Shown: positions 27,736 through 41,470, counted from the stretch's first letter. The stretch: DNA of 64,000 nt from Octopus sinensis (GCF_006345805.1 NC_043012.1:36890001-36954000), one strand, 5' to 3'. Notes: generated by a model from the letters alone, not told the origin. Translations and numbers: made by a program.

Positions 27736-27963
27736 ACAGGTATTGTTTTAGTCTTGAGGTTCCACATCATGCCAATTTCTATTTTAAGATCTTCATATTT
27801 GCTCAGATTTTGGTGGGTCTTGACAGATAATTTATATCGATTGGGACAGTTATATCAATGAGGAGGCATGATTTTTGTCTGATATCCTTCAATATAATGT
27901 CTGGCCTATTCGCATCTATCCTTCTGTCAGTTTGAACGGAGAAGTTCCAGAGGAGTGAGATGT
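27736..27963 (-). mobile_element. Local duplicate of the R4/Dong REL segment
   Basis: Near-identical to 28269-28496. Confidence 0.85.
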
Positions 27964-29797
27964 TTAACTTATGCTTTGTATTTGTACAAGTTGGCTCGAA
28001 GTTTCACCCAGAGTTAGAAGTTCAAGTTGGTGTTATGTCTAGGGTGTCATATATTTGGTTTTGCACAGTGTTCTAGAGAATGTTTATGAAAACAAGAAAA
28101 TTACAAGTTTGTTTTAAAATTTGGGATTCCATAGACAGTATTTTACGTAGGATATAGGGAGTTCTCATGAGCACTCTCTTTTGAATTTCTGCCGTTTTTG
28201 GATTTCCTGGTATTTGAGCTAGGTAGGAATCAGACCCTTTTACTATCATACCTAGTAATAGTTATCAAACAGGTATTGTTTTAGTCTTGAGGTTCCATAT
28301 CATGCCAATTTCTATTTTAAGATCTTCATATTTGCTCAGATTTTGGTAGGTCTTGACAGATAATTTATATCGATTGGGACAGTTATATCAATGAGGAGGC
28401 ATGATTTTTGTCTGATATCCTTCAATATAATGTCTGGCCTATTCGTATCTATCCTTCTGTCAGTTTGAACGGAGAAGTTCCAGAGGAGTGAGATGTGGTC
28501 ATTTTCAAGCACAGGAGATGGTTTGTGTTCCCACCAGTTTTTATCATGGGGCAGGTCCAGGTTTTTGCAAATTACCCAGTGAATATACTGTGCTGCCCTA
28601 TCATGCCTGTTGAGATACTCTGTAGATGCAAGAAGACTACATATGGGGGCAACATGATCAATGGTTTCATTTTGTTGTTTACATACACATGTGGGGCTAC
28701 TGCCGTTCTTTAATATGTTGGCCTGGTGGCTCCTAGTACGTAGGCATTGATCTTGAGCTGCTATGATAAACCCTTCTGTTTCTGATTTTAAGCCAGAAGA
28801 CACTAAACATTGATGGGTAAGAGCTTTGTCAACATCGGCATTATTACCTCTCATTGGGTATTTGCCATTGAGAGGTTTTTCTTGCCATTTGTCAGTAAGA
28901 CATTTCTAAGGCAGCAGTTTTAGCACGGGTTTTCATACGCTTAGCTTTTTCTGTGCTTGTTTCCAGTACGTCTAATTCTGGGATTTGCTGTATTTGGAAT
29001 TCACTGAGATATTCTTTTGCCTGTTTTGTTACTGAGTATGAAGCTTTCTTTATTTTTATGCTTTAAGACAAGTTTTAACATCCAATCATCAGAATTTTTC
29101 AGGTAGGTCTTAAGGCCAATTGTGGCAATCTTCATTGTTAATTCCTGTTGTAAAAGTCCACGGCTACCCTCTTTTCTTGGCAGGTAAAATCGTTCTATAT
29201 CTGCCTTAGAGTGGTGCATTCTATGCATTGTCAACAATTTTCGTATCTTTCTGTGTAGATTACATATTTCAGTAATTGACCAGTTAATAATATTGAAACT
29301 GAAGTATTGATCGCTTCGATCCTGTTTCTTGCGTTCAGCTCTGTCTTGATTATTTCCCTTACTCTACGACAACATTCTTTTCTGATCTTTCCCTCATCAT
29401 TGAATGTTTGATTCCATCACCTTCAAATATCTCTTGGTATTTGTAGCTCTCCGCTGGTTTCTAATTCCTTTATGACATTCTGCTGGTCAAGATTAACATT
29501 GGATGTTTCTGTCATTTTTCCTTTGATAAAAGTAGCTTTTGCATACATGTAAATGAGATGATTTATATTTTTATCAAACAGTTTATAGCTAGATTGATAA
29601 TCATTGAATAATTTCGAGAGAGGTTTTAAGGCTAGACAAAAGAGGAGTGGTGATAGAGTCACCTTGGAAAATGGCACATGGAATTCTTACATCTCCAGCA
29701 TTGAGTGATTCATTGTGACTGTTCAAAGTCAGTGTGGTTCTCTATGATCTCATACTTACAGACAAGAAGTTTCGCAGAGTAGGTGCTATTTTATAAA
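27964..29797 (-). mobile_element. R4/Dong-clade non-LTR retrotransposon, 5'-truncated (RT end, CCHC knuckle, REL endonuclease, 3' UTR)
   Basis: LSPLLFCLAL; INHLIYM; HSKADIERFYLPRKEGSRGL; ETEGFIIAAQDQ; C..C...ETIDH; RHD; LWNFSVQTDR..NRPDI; IDITVP; ends ILRKILS. Confidence 0.9.
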
Positions 29798-29799
29798 TT

Positions 29800-30826
29800 T
29801 ATTATTGAGTGAGAGAACAGTGCATTCCATCAAAGTGACACTGGGGTACAAATATACGAAGAGCAATATACCCATCATGACTACCCGTCTGATAAGGGTA
29901 CACTAAGCACATGTGCGTAACATGGTCATCTCATATCAAGATAAACAGCACATGACCTTGCAAGTGGGGCCCAGTTAGAATTTTCGTCTGGTCGAGTAAC
30001 CCATCCCGTTCAAAAGATCCCTGAATAAAGGGATGTTTAAGGATGTTGAACGAAACCTCTATGTTTCTAGAGGTGAATTATCCAAATCCCAAATAATCTC
30101 TCTCAACATATGGCTACGATGCTCCCCGTCTACTTCTGCTCGTGATCAGAGATGCACATATCATCAACCACCAAGAGACATGCTCAACTGGTTAAGGTGA
30201 AACAACTGACATGCAAATCTGTGGTATTGAGCAGAATATTTGTTGCAGCCCATCTTTTATACCAAGACAAAACAATGCACATGATAACACTTCCAATCAG
30301 TTAAGATCAGAAGCCACAAGAGCCACTTATTATTATTATTATTATTATTGAATGAGAGAGCAGTGCATGCCATCAAAGTGACACTGGGGTAAAATATACG
30401 AAGCCCAATATACCCATCATGACTACCCGTCTGATAAGGGTACACCAGGCACATGCATCACAACCATATGTGCGCGACATGGTGATCTCATATCAAGATA
30501 AACAGCACATGACCTTGCAGGTGGGGACCAGTTAGAATTTTCTTCAGGTTGAGTAGCCCATCCCGCTCAAAAGGTCCCTGAATAAGGGTTGTTTAAGGAT
30601 GTTGAAAGAACCACCCATGTTTCCAGAGGTGAATTATTCAAACCCCAAAGAATCCCTCTCAACACATGGCTATGATGCTTCCCCACTACTTCTGCTCGTG
30701 ATCAGAGATGCACATATCGTCAGCCACTAAGGGACATGCTCAACTGGTTAAGGTCAAACAACTGACAAGCAAATCTGTGGTATTGAGCAGAATATTTGTG
30801 TAGCCCATCTTTTAGTACCAAGACAT
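29800..30826 (-). mobile_element. Two tandem copies of a ~500-bp non-coding retro-like repeat with an (AAT)n tail
   Basis: 29803-30325 and 30347-30826 align over their length; the minus-strand 3' ends run into (AAT)n. Confidence 0.8.
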
Positions 30827-30830
30827 AACA

Positions 30831-30906
<76 letters not shown>

Positions 30907-30907
<1 letters not shown>

Positions 30908-32150
30908 CCTAACTTCTCCTAAGATATCTATGTCACGTCTCTTCAGTTCCTTTCCGCAGCTAAGAGACGCAACATTTTCCTCAACACATGCAGCGATGTT
31001 CCAAATATTGCTGCCAACTGAATACTTGCTATGAAGTTTGGTATTTGCAGCCTTTGATGTCAGAATATCACATTCTTTGCGATGCACCCAAGTACACCAA
31101 TGAGTATCACGCTCGATTTTGAGGCTGTGGGTTCGTTTCACTTCCAAATTTAAGTCCTCCTCCTCCTCCTCCTCCTTCTTCTTCTCCTTCTTCTTCTTCT
31201 TCTTCTTCTTCTTCTTCTTCTTCTTCTTCTTCTTCTTCTTCTTCTTCTTCTTCTTCTTCTTCTTCTTCTTCTTCTTCTTCTTCTTTATCATCATCATCAT
31301 CTTCTTCTTCTTCTTCTTCTTCTTCTTCTTCTTCTTCTCCTCCTCCTCCTCCTCCTCGTCGTCGTTGTTGTGTTGTTGTTGCTGTTGTTGTTTTTATTAC
31401 TCTTTGAACCTGAGAATCAAGATCATTTTCGTTTTGGGCGACATGTTTGACGTCATCCATATATACAACGGAATATCTTATTTCCGTCCTTGTTCTAAGC
31501 AAGTTCATAAGCAGGTTTGCATTTGCTCGGTTTCGTAAATCAAAGAAATCGATGCAATCAAGAAAAGCAACAGAGAAAGTAAGATTCCGCATTTTCCCAT
31601 TTTTTTTTCCCGATAATTCACTTCCTCGCTTTTAGTTCAATTTCCCGCTGTCTCATCGCGGACCCCAAAGGTTCTCAACCACTCCAAAAGCCAATAATGT
31701 AATGCATTATCAGATACCTTCTTGTAGTCTCTCCAATCCAACCAATACCTAATTTCTTCTTTCTTAGCTGCTCATCACTTCGTATCATTCTATCGATATA
31801 AAACAAATCAACGGCTCCCTTGATTTTCTTATGCAACCTTTTTGCTCTTCTGATAACCGTTTCTCCTGTAAAGAAAAAAGAAAGCTATATAATTCCTCTG
31901 CTATGATACCAGTGAGCAATATCTACGGCAATGCTAAGCTCGTAATAGGCCAATAATTACTGACTTTCTCTATTTTCGACCTTCTTTATTAACGCTTTCC
32001 TTCTTTTTGTCATCCATATTGGTGATCCATTTTCTACACAAGCGGTAAGAAGGATTTATGTATAACTGAAGAATTATTGGAATTGTGGAATTTTCGAGCC
32101 AGAAATCCTGGATATTGTCTGGTCTTGGTTCTTTCCAGTTTCATATCCTT
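30907..32150 (-). mobile_element. Decayed R4/Dong-type LINE pieces interrupted by (TTC)n
   Basis: RT catalytic motif YMDDVK near 31450; REL C-terminal remnant near 30910-31150 adjoining (TTA)n. Confidence 0.55.
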
Positions 32151-32178
32151 TTAAACATGTTCTACTGATGATGATAAC

Positions 32179-32258
<80 letters not shown>

Positions 32259-32267
32259 CAACAACAA

Positions 32268-32633
32268 ACTATGCTGGATCATAGACATAGCATGCGCAGC
32301 TGACAACAAGGTATGCGATAAGGAAGAAAGAAAGTTAGTGAGATATGATAGGTTAGCTCGGGAAGTTAAGCAGTTGTGGTCGATGAAAAAGGTTGTAGCA
32401 GTAGTACCAATAATTGTCGGAGCCCTGGGAACAGTGAGCAAAAATCTTGAAGTACGTGGAACAAATAGGGGCTGCAATAAGGGTGGGGTACTTGCAGAAA
32501 ACAGCGCTGCTTGGAGCCGCTCGAATACTCCGGAAGGTGTCCGAAAAATAAGAGGTGTTTCTTTAGTTCATTGGTAGTGAACAGCTGACACTGTAGTACA
32601 TCTCCAGTGTTAGAAGCTGTGCAAAGACAATAA

Positions 32634-32635
<2 letters not shown>
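32268..32635 (+). mobile_element. R4/Dong REL C-terminal fragment within (TAA)n
   Basis: CWIIDIACAADNKV...RYDRLAREVKQLWSMKKVVAVVPIIVGALGTV...LQKTALLGAARILRKV; (TAA)n on both sides. Confidence 0.85.
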
Positions 32636-32678
<43 letters not shown>

Positions 32679-32764
32679 TAATAATAATAATATAATAATA
32701 ATAATACTGAATAATAATAATAATAATAATAATACTGATAATAATAATAATAATAATAATAATA

Positions 32765-32804
<40 letters not shown>

Positions 32805-32814
32805 GAATAATATA

Positions 32815-32865
<51 letters not shown>

Positions 32866-32866
<1 letters not shown>

Positions 32867-33009
32867 CAGCACTATTTGGAACTGCACGCATATTGCGTAA
32901 ATTACTGTCTGTCTGAGTTCCTTGTGACTTGACAGACAATACACATCTCCGGTAGACACAATATCTTCAATCAACAACATGACAATAATGGATACTGTGC
33001 GACATCTTA

Positions 33010-33010
<1 letters not shown>
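32866..33010 (+). mobile_element. R4/Dong extreme 3' fragment within (TAA)n
   Basis: SALFGTARILRKLL plus a short UTR; (TAA)n on both sides. Confidence 0.75.
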
Positions 33011-33086
<76 letters not shown>

Positions 33087-33096
33087 TAATAATAAT

Positions 33097-33303
33097 GGTT
33101 TCAAATTTTGCCACAAGGGCAGCCATTTTTAGGGAGGGGATAAGTCGATTACATCAACCCCAGTGTTTCATTGGTACTTAATTTATCGACCCCGAAAGGA
33201 TGAAAGGCAAAGTCGACCTCGGTAGATTTTATACTCAGAACGTAGCTACGGACGAAATACCACTAAGCATTTCGTCCAGCATGCTAACGATTCTGCCAGC
33301 TCC
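33097..33303 (-). mobile_element. SINE family A within (TAA)n
   Basis: Reverse complement of family A with the second tail type (ccttgtggcaaaatttgaaacc). Confidence 0.85.
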
Positions 33304-33411
<108 letters not shown>

Positions 33412-33429
33412 ATAATAATAATAATGTTT

Positions 33430-35090
33430 TCAGTCACAAGACAAAGTGTTGTAGATCAGAAATATCATAAAATGAGAAAACAATACCAATTTTAGTTGAA
33501 ACTGGAAGAGAGTCATAGTAGTAAAAGATGAAAAACATGGTTAGTTACGAGAGGAAATTGAACAAGGAATGGCAGCAAGATCAATGAACCATCGGGAAGA
33601 AAGAAGGAATGAGTGTGAAAATAAATTTTACTTCATAGAGGAATAGCATATGAAAGAAGCAGAAAGGAGCTGGCGTCAACTTTTGAATGAGATAAGGAGA
33701 TTAGGAGAGCTGAGAAGCAATAACTAAAAGCAGTAAGGAAAGTGGAGAGTCTAGTAGAGAAAATCAAAGTGTAGAATGTAATGGAGATGGCTTCATATGA
33801 TGTGCTGCTGTGTGTGTTGCTGTGGAGTGTCTTGGAGTTAAAAGTCGAGCAGAAGAAAGGGTCAAAAGGATTGTAGTGGAAAAAGGAGATACGAGGAGCA
33901 AGTGAAGCAGCTCAATAAAAATCTTGAAGGATTCACGTTAGAAGTGAAAAAAATATCGGCGATAGAAAGACATAGGAAGAAGCTACAAAGAAAATATATG
34001 ATGTCAGGCACAGGGGGTTGATGGCTGCTAAAGAAGAGATTAGACAAGTACGGAATACCAACAAAGACTAAATCAGTAACAGTTGAACGGGCTCTTCCGA
34101 AAGAGTAAAAGAAAATTTTTTAAGGCTTGATGAAAATGAAATACCATCAGGAGGAATGATGTACCAATTGTAGAAGCAGTAAGGAACTTTTGGTTCGATA
34201 CCTGAAGCAAGGAGGTACAACAAGCAAAGAGCTTAAAAACAGAAGCTTAAAAATGGAAGCTTAAAAATAGAATGAGAAATAAGTTTAGATAGACATAATT
34301 ATTGCAGAAGAGAAAGTAGAACATGCTTAAAAGGATACAAAAGTGGAAAGAACGAAGACCAGGCGATATCCAGGCTTTCTGGCTTGGAAATATCACAAGT
34401 ATGCACTCAGTTATACATAACTCTTTCTTACTGTCGGAAAAATTTGATAACGGCCAATATCGATGAAATCAATCAGAGAGCAAACGCAGAAACTGTAGGA
34501 AAGGAGAAGAAAGACGAAAGTATTTAAAATCTATGGAGTGAATAGATTTGCTAGCACAAAATGAGTATAAGAGACGGCATGACTGTGTTGGTAAAAGAAT
34601 GCAATGGGGTGTTAACCGAGAGTATGAGTTCAAAGTAGCAGAAGAAGTGGTATGAAAAATGAGCCAGAGACAATGACAGACAATAATAATTAGGCGATTT
34701 TAGGGGATTTCTCCATAAAGACTGGCCAAACTTAAAGTAAGAAGACCAGATATGATTATAGAGGACAAAAATGATAGAAACAATACAAGATAATCGACTC
34801 CATGATGTCATTATGATATAGTGGATGGCAAAGATATTGTAAGAATTGGGAAATATCAGCCTGAGAAATCTAGCCAGAGAGATGAAGAAATTGGGGCTGT
34901 TTGAGACCACAATTATTCTTGCGGTAATTAGTGGACTTGACACAACACTAAAAACTATAAACTAAGCGGCTGAAGGGTATTGGAATCGAAACCGAAAAGT
35001 TGCATCTTGTATTCTGCATGGAAGATTCTATAGATTTTGGAAGACTAAACCTGAAGACATCCCAGCAATCAAATGTAGCATATAATAGAT
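33430..35090 (+). mobile_element. Highly decayed R4/Dong-type LINE
   Basis: PGDIQAFWLGNITSMH near 34360 (similar to PGPDGIQGFWLK); RRPDMIIEDK...LAREMKKL near 34740-34900; TAA tracts at both ends. Confidence 0.6.
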
Positions 35091-36386
35091 TTAATGATAA
35101 TAATAATAAAAAAAAAAAACCTTTTCTTTTACTATTGTTTCCTGGGTTCTTTCCTATAATAAAAACGTCAAATATAATGGTTACAAAGTGGGTGTGGATT
35201 GACAAAGAAACTCATTAAAATCGAGGAGGGTGATAAAAACATTATACAATATATATTTGATCGGCCCGAGGCTATAGTAGAAGACACTTGCCCAAGATGC
35301 CACGCAGTGGGACTGAACCCGGAAGCATGTGGTTGATAAACAAGCTACTTACCACAAAGCTAAATCCACCTTAAAACGTGTGAGTGAAAGTCCTGCAGGT
35401 AAGTTGGGTGCGAACATCCGACGAGTTTACTCGTCTGTTCGGTTCTGGGTTACGGGATAAGTAGGGGCTGGGGGCTCTAGCTAGATCTACCGGTAAATAG
35501 TTGTTATGGTTTTCATCAAAAGCTTTCGATCCAGATTCCTTTAAAAGATGTGGGTGGGTGGGGGGTAGGCGTATAGGGATCCTTTAGAAGAGGGAGAGAA
35601 AGGGGGAGGGGAGAAGTATATGGTGTTCAAAACTTGGGAGATAAAGAGGAATGGAGAGGACGCATAGAGGTTTCCTAAAAGAAGGATATAAAGATGGAGG
35701 AGATATGCAGCAAAAGTGGTTTGTGTGTGTGTGTGGGTGGGAAAAATTTTTAACATATCTTTCTCGTAAAATCTATCAGAATCTGGATTGAAAAGGAATA
35801 TCGATTTCTTCAAATCGCCGCTCGATTCTTTTTATGCGTTTCTAAACACACGTATACATGCACATTTTCATGCACACACACACACACACATACATTTTAT
35901 TGCTGTCCAACCTATCCAATGCTGACCACCTCTTTAATTTGTGGATCTTTTGATAATTATATTTTCTTGTCTTTAATATACAGTCAGATTTTATACATTT
36001 TAACACACACACACACACACACACGATTTTCAACAGATATGGTCATACACACATACTCAAACAGACACCATGTATATACACTCACGATGTATACATACAT
36101 GCAGACACACTGACACACTATATACGCATACAGATCACTATACACTAAACGCTATATACACATACGGACACACTGACACACACACACGTTTACTATACAC
36201 TTACACAGATACACTGATACACTTACACACACACACACACACACACACGTTCACACAATTACATACATAATAGCGCAAACATTCTTACTGGCTCAAATAA
36301 CTACATACACTAATATCCATACACACAACTACACACACACACACTTGCGCAATAACACAATCATAGCAACATGCATACGCTCACAG

Positions 36387-36439
<53 letters not shown>

Positions 36440-36716
36440 AATACATTGAAACATAGACACACAGACAGATGCCTTGCCTTGTCTTGGGTTCTTCAATTCT
36501 TGATTGCATCGTAAGGTCGCCGCCATGACATTTCTTGAGCTTTCTTAGACTTATCCCATCGCTCTCTCTATCAGACGACAGTAGAGAAAAAAAGAGGAAG
36601 AAAAACAGGATGAAGGTGAGACCACGGCACGATTTGAACTCACAACGCATAGAACTGGAACGAATGCCAGAAGCCAATCTACCAGACTCGCTAACGATTC
36701 TGCGAATTTACCAGTA

Positions 36717-36939
36717 CAGTAATCCCTCGCTGCATCGCGGTCCACCTATCGCGGTCCACCTATTTAAGCTTACGTCGATTCCTCCGTGGTGTTGTTTTGC
36801 ATTCATAATAAAATAAATATATACAAATTATAAAAATAATAAAAAATATATATAGTACAGTACTGTTTCTACTTCGCGGATTTTCACTTATCTTGGGGTG
36901 ATTCGGAACGTAACACCCGCGATAGTTGAGGAATTACTG
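36717..36939. mobile_element. Tigger/pogo-like MITE
   Basis: TIRs cagtaatccctcgct.atcgcgg / ccgcgatagttgaggaattactg. Confidence 0.8.
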
Positions 36940-38017
36940 TTTACTAAAACGCATACATACACGTATATATTTCTTTGTTTCTAAGATGGCGTCTTGTTTG
37001 CGTTTACAATTTCTGCTATTGTTTTTTTTTCTTTTCACCATTTTCGCACCTTCCTTTAACCCACAAACCCAACAACTTATTTAGATTTCTATAGAGGTGT
37101 ATCTTCTTTTATATTTTTTCTGTGAAAATAATAAAATAAACGTTATTAACGTTATATCCATCGAAGCATATGTCACACCTGTATTATTTGAGATACTTTA
37201 TGTAACCTTAAAAACTAATTTTCGTTGCTAGTGATTTCTCGGCTTTGATCTAATATATAAAGCTGAATACATTTCCATAGATCAAAGTGTTATGAATTTT
37301 TGTATTATACAATTTATAGCATTTAATTTACTAACAAATATTTATTTTTCTATTTCTTATATATTTACATCACTATCTTTAAATGTGTGAACTTTGGATT
37401 AAATACATACATACATACATACATACATGTATGTATGAAGCAATGTGTGTGTGTGTGTGTGTTTGTTTGTGTGTGTGTGTGTGTGTTTGTTTGTGTGTGT
37501 GTGCGTGCGTGCGTGCGTGCGTACGTACGTACGTACATACATGCATACATACATACATACATACATACATACATACATACATACGTACATACATGTATGT
37601 ATGTATGTATGTATGTAGTATGTATGTATGTATGTATGTTATGTATGTTATGTATGTATGTTATGTATGTATGTATGTATGTATGTATGTATGTATGTAT
37701 GTATGTATGTACGTACGTACGTACGCACACACACACACACATTGCTACACACTCAGATATACATTAACGAACAAATGTGAAACGAGTGCTGTAATATGTA
37801 AGCTTCAGTAAAGTTTGCGATTCCAGTTCGATTTCTGTTGGAACTATTTTACTTTACGTCCTTAACGAATCTTTAGAACAGCATGAAGGCCTCCACATAC
37901 TGTGATCCTTCTCCGCTTAATTCTATTCGGTCATGAAACTGTGCTAGCTCTGTACTATAGCATATCGTATCAGATATGTGTGTGTGTGTGTGTGTGTGTG
38001 TGAGTGTGTGTGTGTGT

Positions 38018-38057
<40 letters not shown>

Positions 38058-38259
38058 TGTTAATAGGGCTAACACAACACGTATGAAGGTGGTGGGGATG
38101 GTGTAGTCGATTAAGCTGGTTCCAGTACTTGGTTGGTCCTTTATTTTAATGGCCAGTGGAAGAATAAAAAAGTAAAGTCGTCAGCCCCGCTGCCCGCAAG
38201 TTTAGGACTTAGAATCGAAGACAGAACTAAATACCACAGGAGGGTTTATCCGGCAGAGA

Positions 38260-38520
38260 AGGGATGTTATAACGAGAACTAAAGGAATATAATGCTACGT
38301 ACCAGTATTTTAATGGTATAATGTAAGTTTTCTAAACTCCGAAAGGAATTTTAAAGGCGGGAACCCTGGCTGTGCCGTGGAAGATTACAGATGAAAGTTG
38401 AATCACAGAAACATAGTTAATTTGTAGAATCTTCCCAGGAATAAGAGATTTGAGTGTTTGGGATGGTGTTGTGATAGTGTGGTGTGTAAGACGGTGGGGT
38501 GTTGGATAGAGTGAGGAGGA
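38260..38520 (-). repeat. Unclassified dispersed repeat (also 50690-50985 on + and weakly ~9640-9770)
   Basis: Reverse complement of aaactta.attat.ccattaaaatac.ggtacgt.gcattatattcctt.agttc.c.tta.aacatcc. Confidence 0.65.
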
Positions 38521-38867
38521 GAACAAACCGGTGCAAGAGGGCGTGTGTGTTGTGTGGAGCAACAAGTGCTTGACTTATCTTGGATAATGTTGGCCTTTCC
38601 TCTCAGCTGATCTTTCCTCTCAACATACTACTCATTTTTTTTTTACCTTCACTGGCGGTGGCGAGGAGGAGAAATTATACTCCAATGCTTGCCAAATCGG
38701 CGGTAGCATTTCCTGGAATTGGAGCTGTTTTTATCTGGATACAAAGCAAAAGGATACGGCCAGGCTGGGAGAGGTAGATGCGCGTCTTTTAATTACTCTA
38801 ATTTTCTACAAATATTTTCAGTGTTTATTTCGCGTTCCGCCCATCCGGTAATATTTCTAGTGGAAAT

Positions 38868-39075
38868 AAGACGGCGGGCTGGAAGAACCGTTGGCACGCC
38901 GGGAAAATGCTTAGCGGCATTTCGTCCGTCTTTACGTTCTGAGTTCAAATCCCACCGAGGCCGACTTTACCTTTCATCCTCTCGGGGTTCGATGAAATAA
39001 GTCCGAGTTGAGCCCTGGGGTCGATGTAATCGACTTCCACCCTCAAAACTGCCAGCCTTGTGCCAAAATTTGGAA
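38868..39075 (+). mobile_element. SINE family A
   Basis: cgttggcacgccggg.aaatgcttagcggcatttcgtc...ttctgagttcaaatccc...ccttgtgccaaaatttg. Confidence 0.85.
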
Positions 39076-39944
39076 CTAGTATCAGTTCGGGATACGTAGT
39101 AGTTTGGACATTTCAAATTATGTTGACAAAATGACTTAAATACGAGCAGTCTTTTAATGATGGCCAACCAGTCGGCTGCCATATTTTTAGTGTGTTTAAA
39201 GTTGAATTGTAAAAAAGAGGCTTTTGTAAGAGATAAGGGGCGATAATTCGAAAAGTTTGAGAAACTCTTAAATAGTTCGTTATATCCATTCTTAAATGTC
39301 ATAAACTCTTTGAACTCGTACAACTGACTCTGTTATGTACAGTTATTTCTACGTGGACAACGTCGCTTCTCAAATCACGTACTATAATTGCAATCACAGC
39401 CTCATCAGCCATCCTGTACTTTATAAAAATTCATTTGCATGCCCTCTGAGGGTGTCATGCTCTTCCACAAATGTACATCGAGCAATTACTGCATCCTTGG
39501 ATGGCACTGAAAGCAATTATGCATATACTAAGTGCAAACACTTTCTAAGCACGTTTCTTTTAACATTTCCATTCCCTCAGGTCAAAGAAAAGGAAACATT
39601 GTACGTCTTTATTTCACTTCGTTTGAAAAGAGGCAGCCCAGGGACTTTTATGGCCTTCACTAACATGGAACATCGTCGCTGGGCTCGAAAGGATATTTTA
39701 ACGAACACAAAACTGTAGAACAAAGCAAAACAACATACATCTCTTAAATGGCTATCAGCAGTAATGTTCGCAGGTGGCGACCGAATGGGGATTTGTCTTA
39801 GAAAATTACCAAATCACTAAACGCCCGAATATCACAATTCTCAAACTTCGGCTAAAAAAAAATTGACATTAGTTACCACTAACCCTCGGAGGAAACAACC
39901 CTGAGTTGTCTCCAGCTGCAACACATTGCAATACTGTACTGGTC

Positions 39945-40552
39945 CTCCGTCGGTTACAACGATGAGTGTCCTAGTTTATCCGATCAATGGAACAGCCTGC
40001 ACGTGAAATTAAAGTGCAAGTGGCTGAGTGCTCCACAGACACGCGTACTCTTAATGTAGTTCTCAGGGAGATTGAGTGTGAGATAATGTGACATGGTTGA
40101 CCCCTTTTGAATTACAGGTACACCTCACCTTTGCCAGCTGAGTGGACTGGAGCAACGTGAAATAAAGCGTCTTGCTCAAAGACAAAACCATCGCTAGGAA
40201 TGGAACTCACGACCTTACGATCATGAACTGAATTCCCTAACCCCTGATCCGCACACTTTCACAAGAAGTAACCCGTCAGTTACGATGACCATGGTTCTAG
40301 CTGATCCGATCAACGGAGAAGCCTGCTTCGGAAATTAATTTGAAAGTGGCTGAACACTCCGCAGACACGCGTACGCTCAATGCAATTCTCAGGGAGATTC
40401 AGCGTGACACAATGTGACATGGCTGAATTACAGGCACAGCTCATTTTGCCAGCCTAGTGGACTGGTGCAGCATGAAATAAAGTGTCTTGCTCAAGGACAC
40501 GACGCGCTGCCAGAGATCCTGAGTCAAGTTCCCTAACCAGTAAGCCATGCAT
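39945..40552 (-). mobile_element. Two tandem SINEs with the family C head/CORE but a different 3' body (C2)
   Basis: Copies at 39945-40256 and 40270-40552; gagcaacgtgaaataaag.gtcttgctcaa is the reverse complement of the CORE at ~25300; tail ctccgtcggttac...gatccgatcaa. Fragments also at 48970-49090 and 52870-52996. Confidence 0.8.
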
Positions 40553-40990
40553 CTTTACATTTCTGTACAAGAGTTACCGTTGTGCAAGCCCGATCAAGTG
40601 ATCACCGTTAACACATAAGAACCGACGTTACAAGTGAACTTTCGTATATATTGCTTTCCCCGGTCATCGACATCTACAAAGCCGTCTGAAAGATTACAAC
40701 TACACTGCTCATGGCATGCGTTTGTGCCTGTGTGAAACTCCGACTAACAACGGAGTATACTCTTCCTTAGCTTCCAGTTAAAAGATATCACAGATTTCTT
40801 CAGTCTACTGTTCCTTGCTTGCTAAAACATGGCTTGGCTCTGTCAAAGATGTTTCTTGTTACTGGAGGCCAAGCTAATCCTTACTTCGGGACTTTCCAGA
40901 ACACTTGAAAAAAAGATGTGGAGTTCTCTCTCGCTTCACATATACAGAATACTTTTGCCTTCCATTTGTACATACCAAAAGGCATATATA

Positions 40991-41026
<36 letters not shown>

Positions 41027-41032
<6 letters not shown>

Positions 41033-41435
41033 TTATAATAAAGAATGGAGCTGAACGAAGATATTTAACAAAATTCCTTTATTTATTTTCGACATATGTT
41101 TCGAAGTCTGCAAAATCCCTAATTCCGAATGAATAAGGAGTCCATTATGCAGCTTTCTCTTCAGGAAAATCCAGGAACTTCTTTCGTCAACAAAATGCAC
41201 AAGTTTTTCGATGACTTTTTCGAAACATATGTCGAAAATAAAATAAAGGAATTTTGTTAAATCTTCGTTCAGCTCCATTCTTTATTATAAAAAATTAAAC
41301 TTCAAATTTCCACACTAAGGCACGGAGTTTATGCCCTATAGTCGTAACTTCAACCGTGCTCTTTCTGTTGTGAGTTTGCTACCCAGGTATCGGTTATCTT
41401 TCGAATTATCCGTAATAAAATAATTCATTTGTCTA

Positions 41436-41438
<3 letters not shown>
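41027..41438 (-). mobile_element. Hammerhead-bearing inverted-repeat element inserted in (TA)n
   Basis: About 78-bp inverted arms at 41027-41105 and 41219-41296; (TA)n on both sides; contains the ribozyme. Confidence 0.7.
41085..41170 (-). ncRNA. Type I hammerhead ribozyme, apparently intact
   Basis: Minus strand reads AUUUUC-CUGAAGA-[55-nt stem II with GAA..CUGCA/UGCAG..UUC and AUUC/GAAU]-GAAAC-AUAU-GUC-GAAAAU. Stem I is perfect and stem III ACAUAUGU is palindromic. Confidence 0.9.

Positions 41439-41470
<32 letters not shown>

Noticed and set aside
39335-39718. 127-aa ORF with a possible acceptor at ~39580
   Set aside because: No recognisable domain and no convincing donor site.
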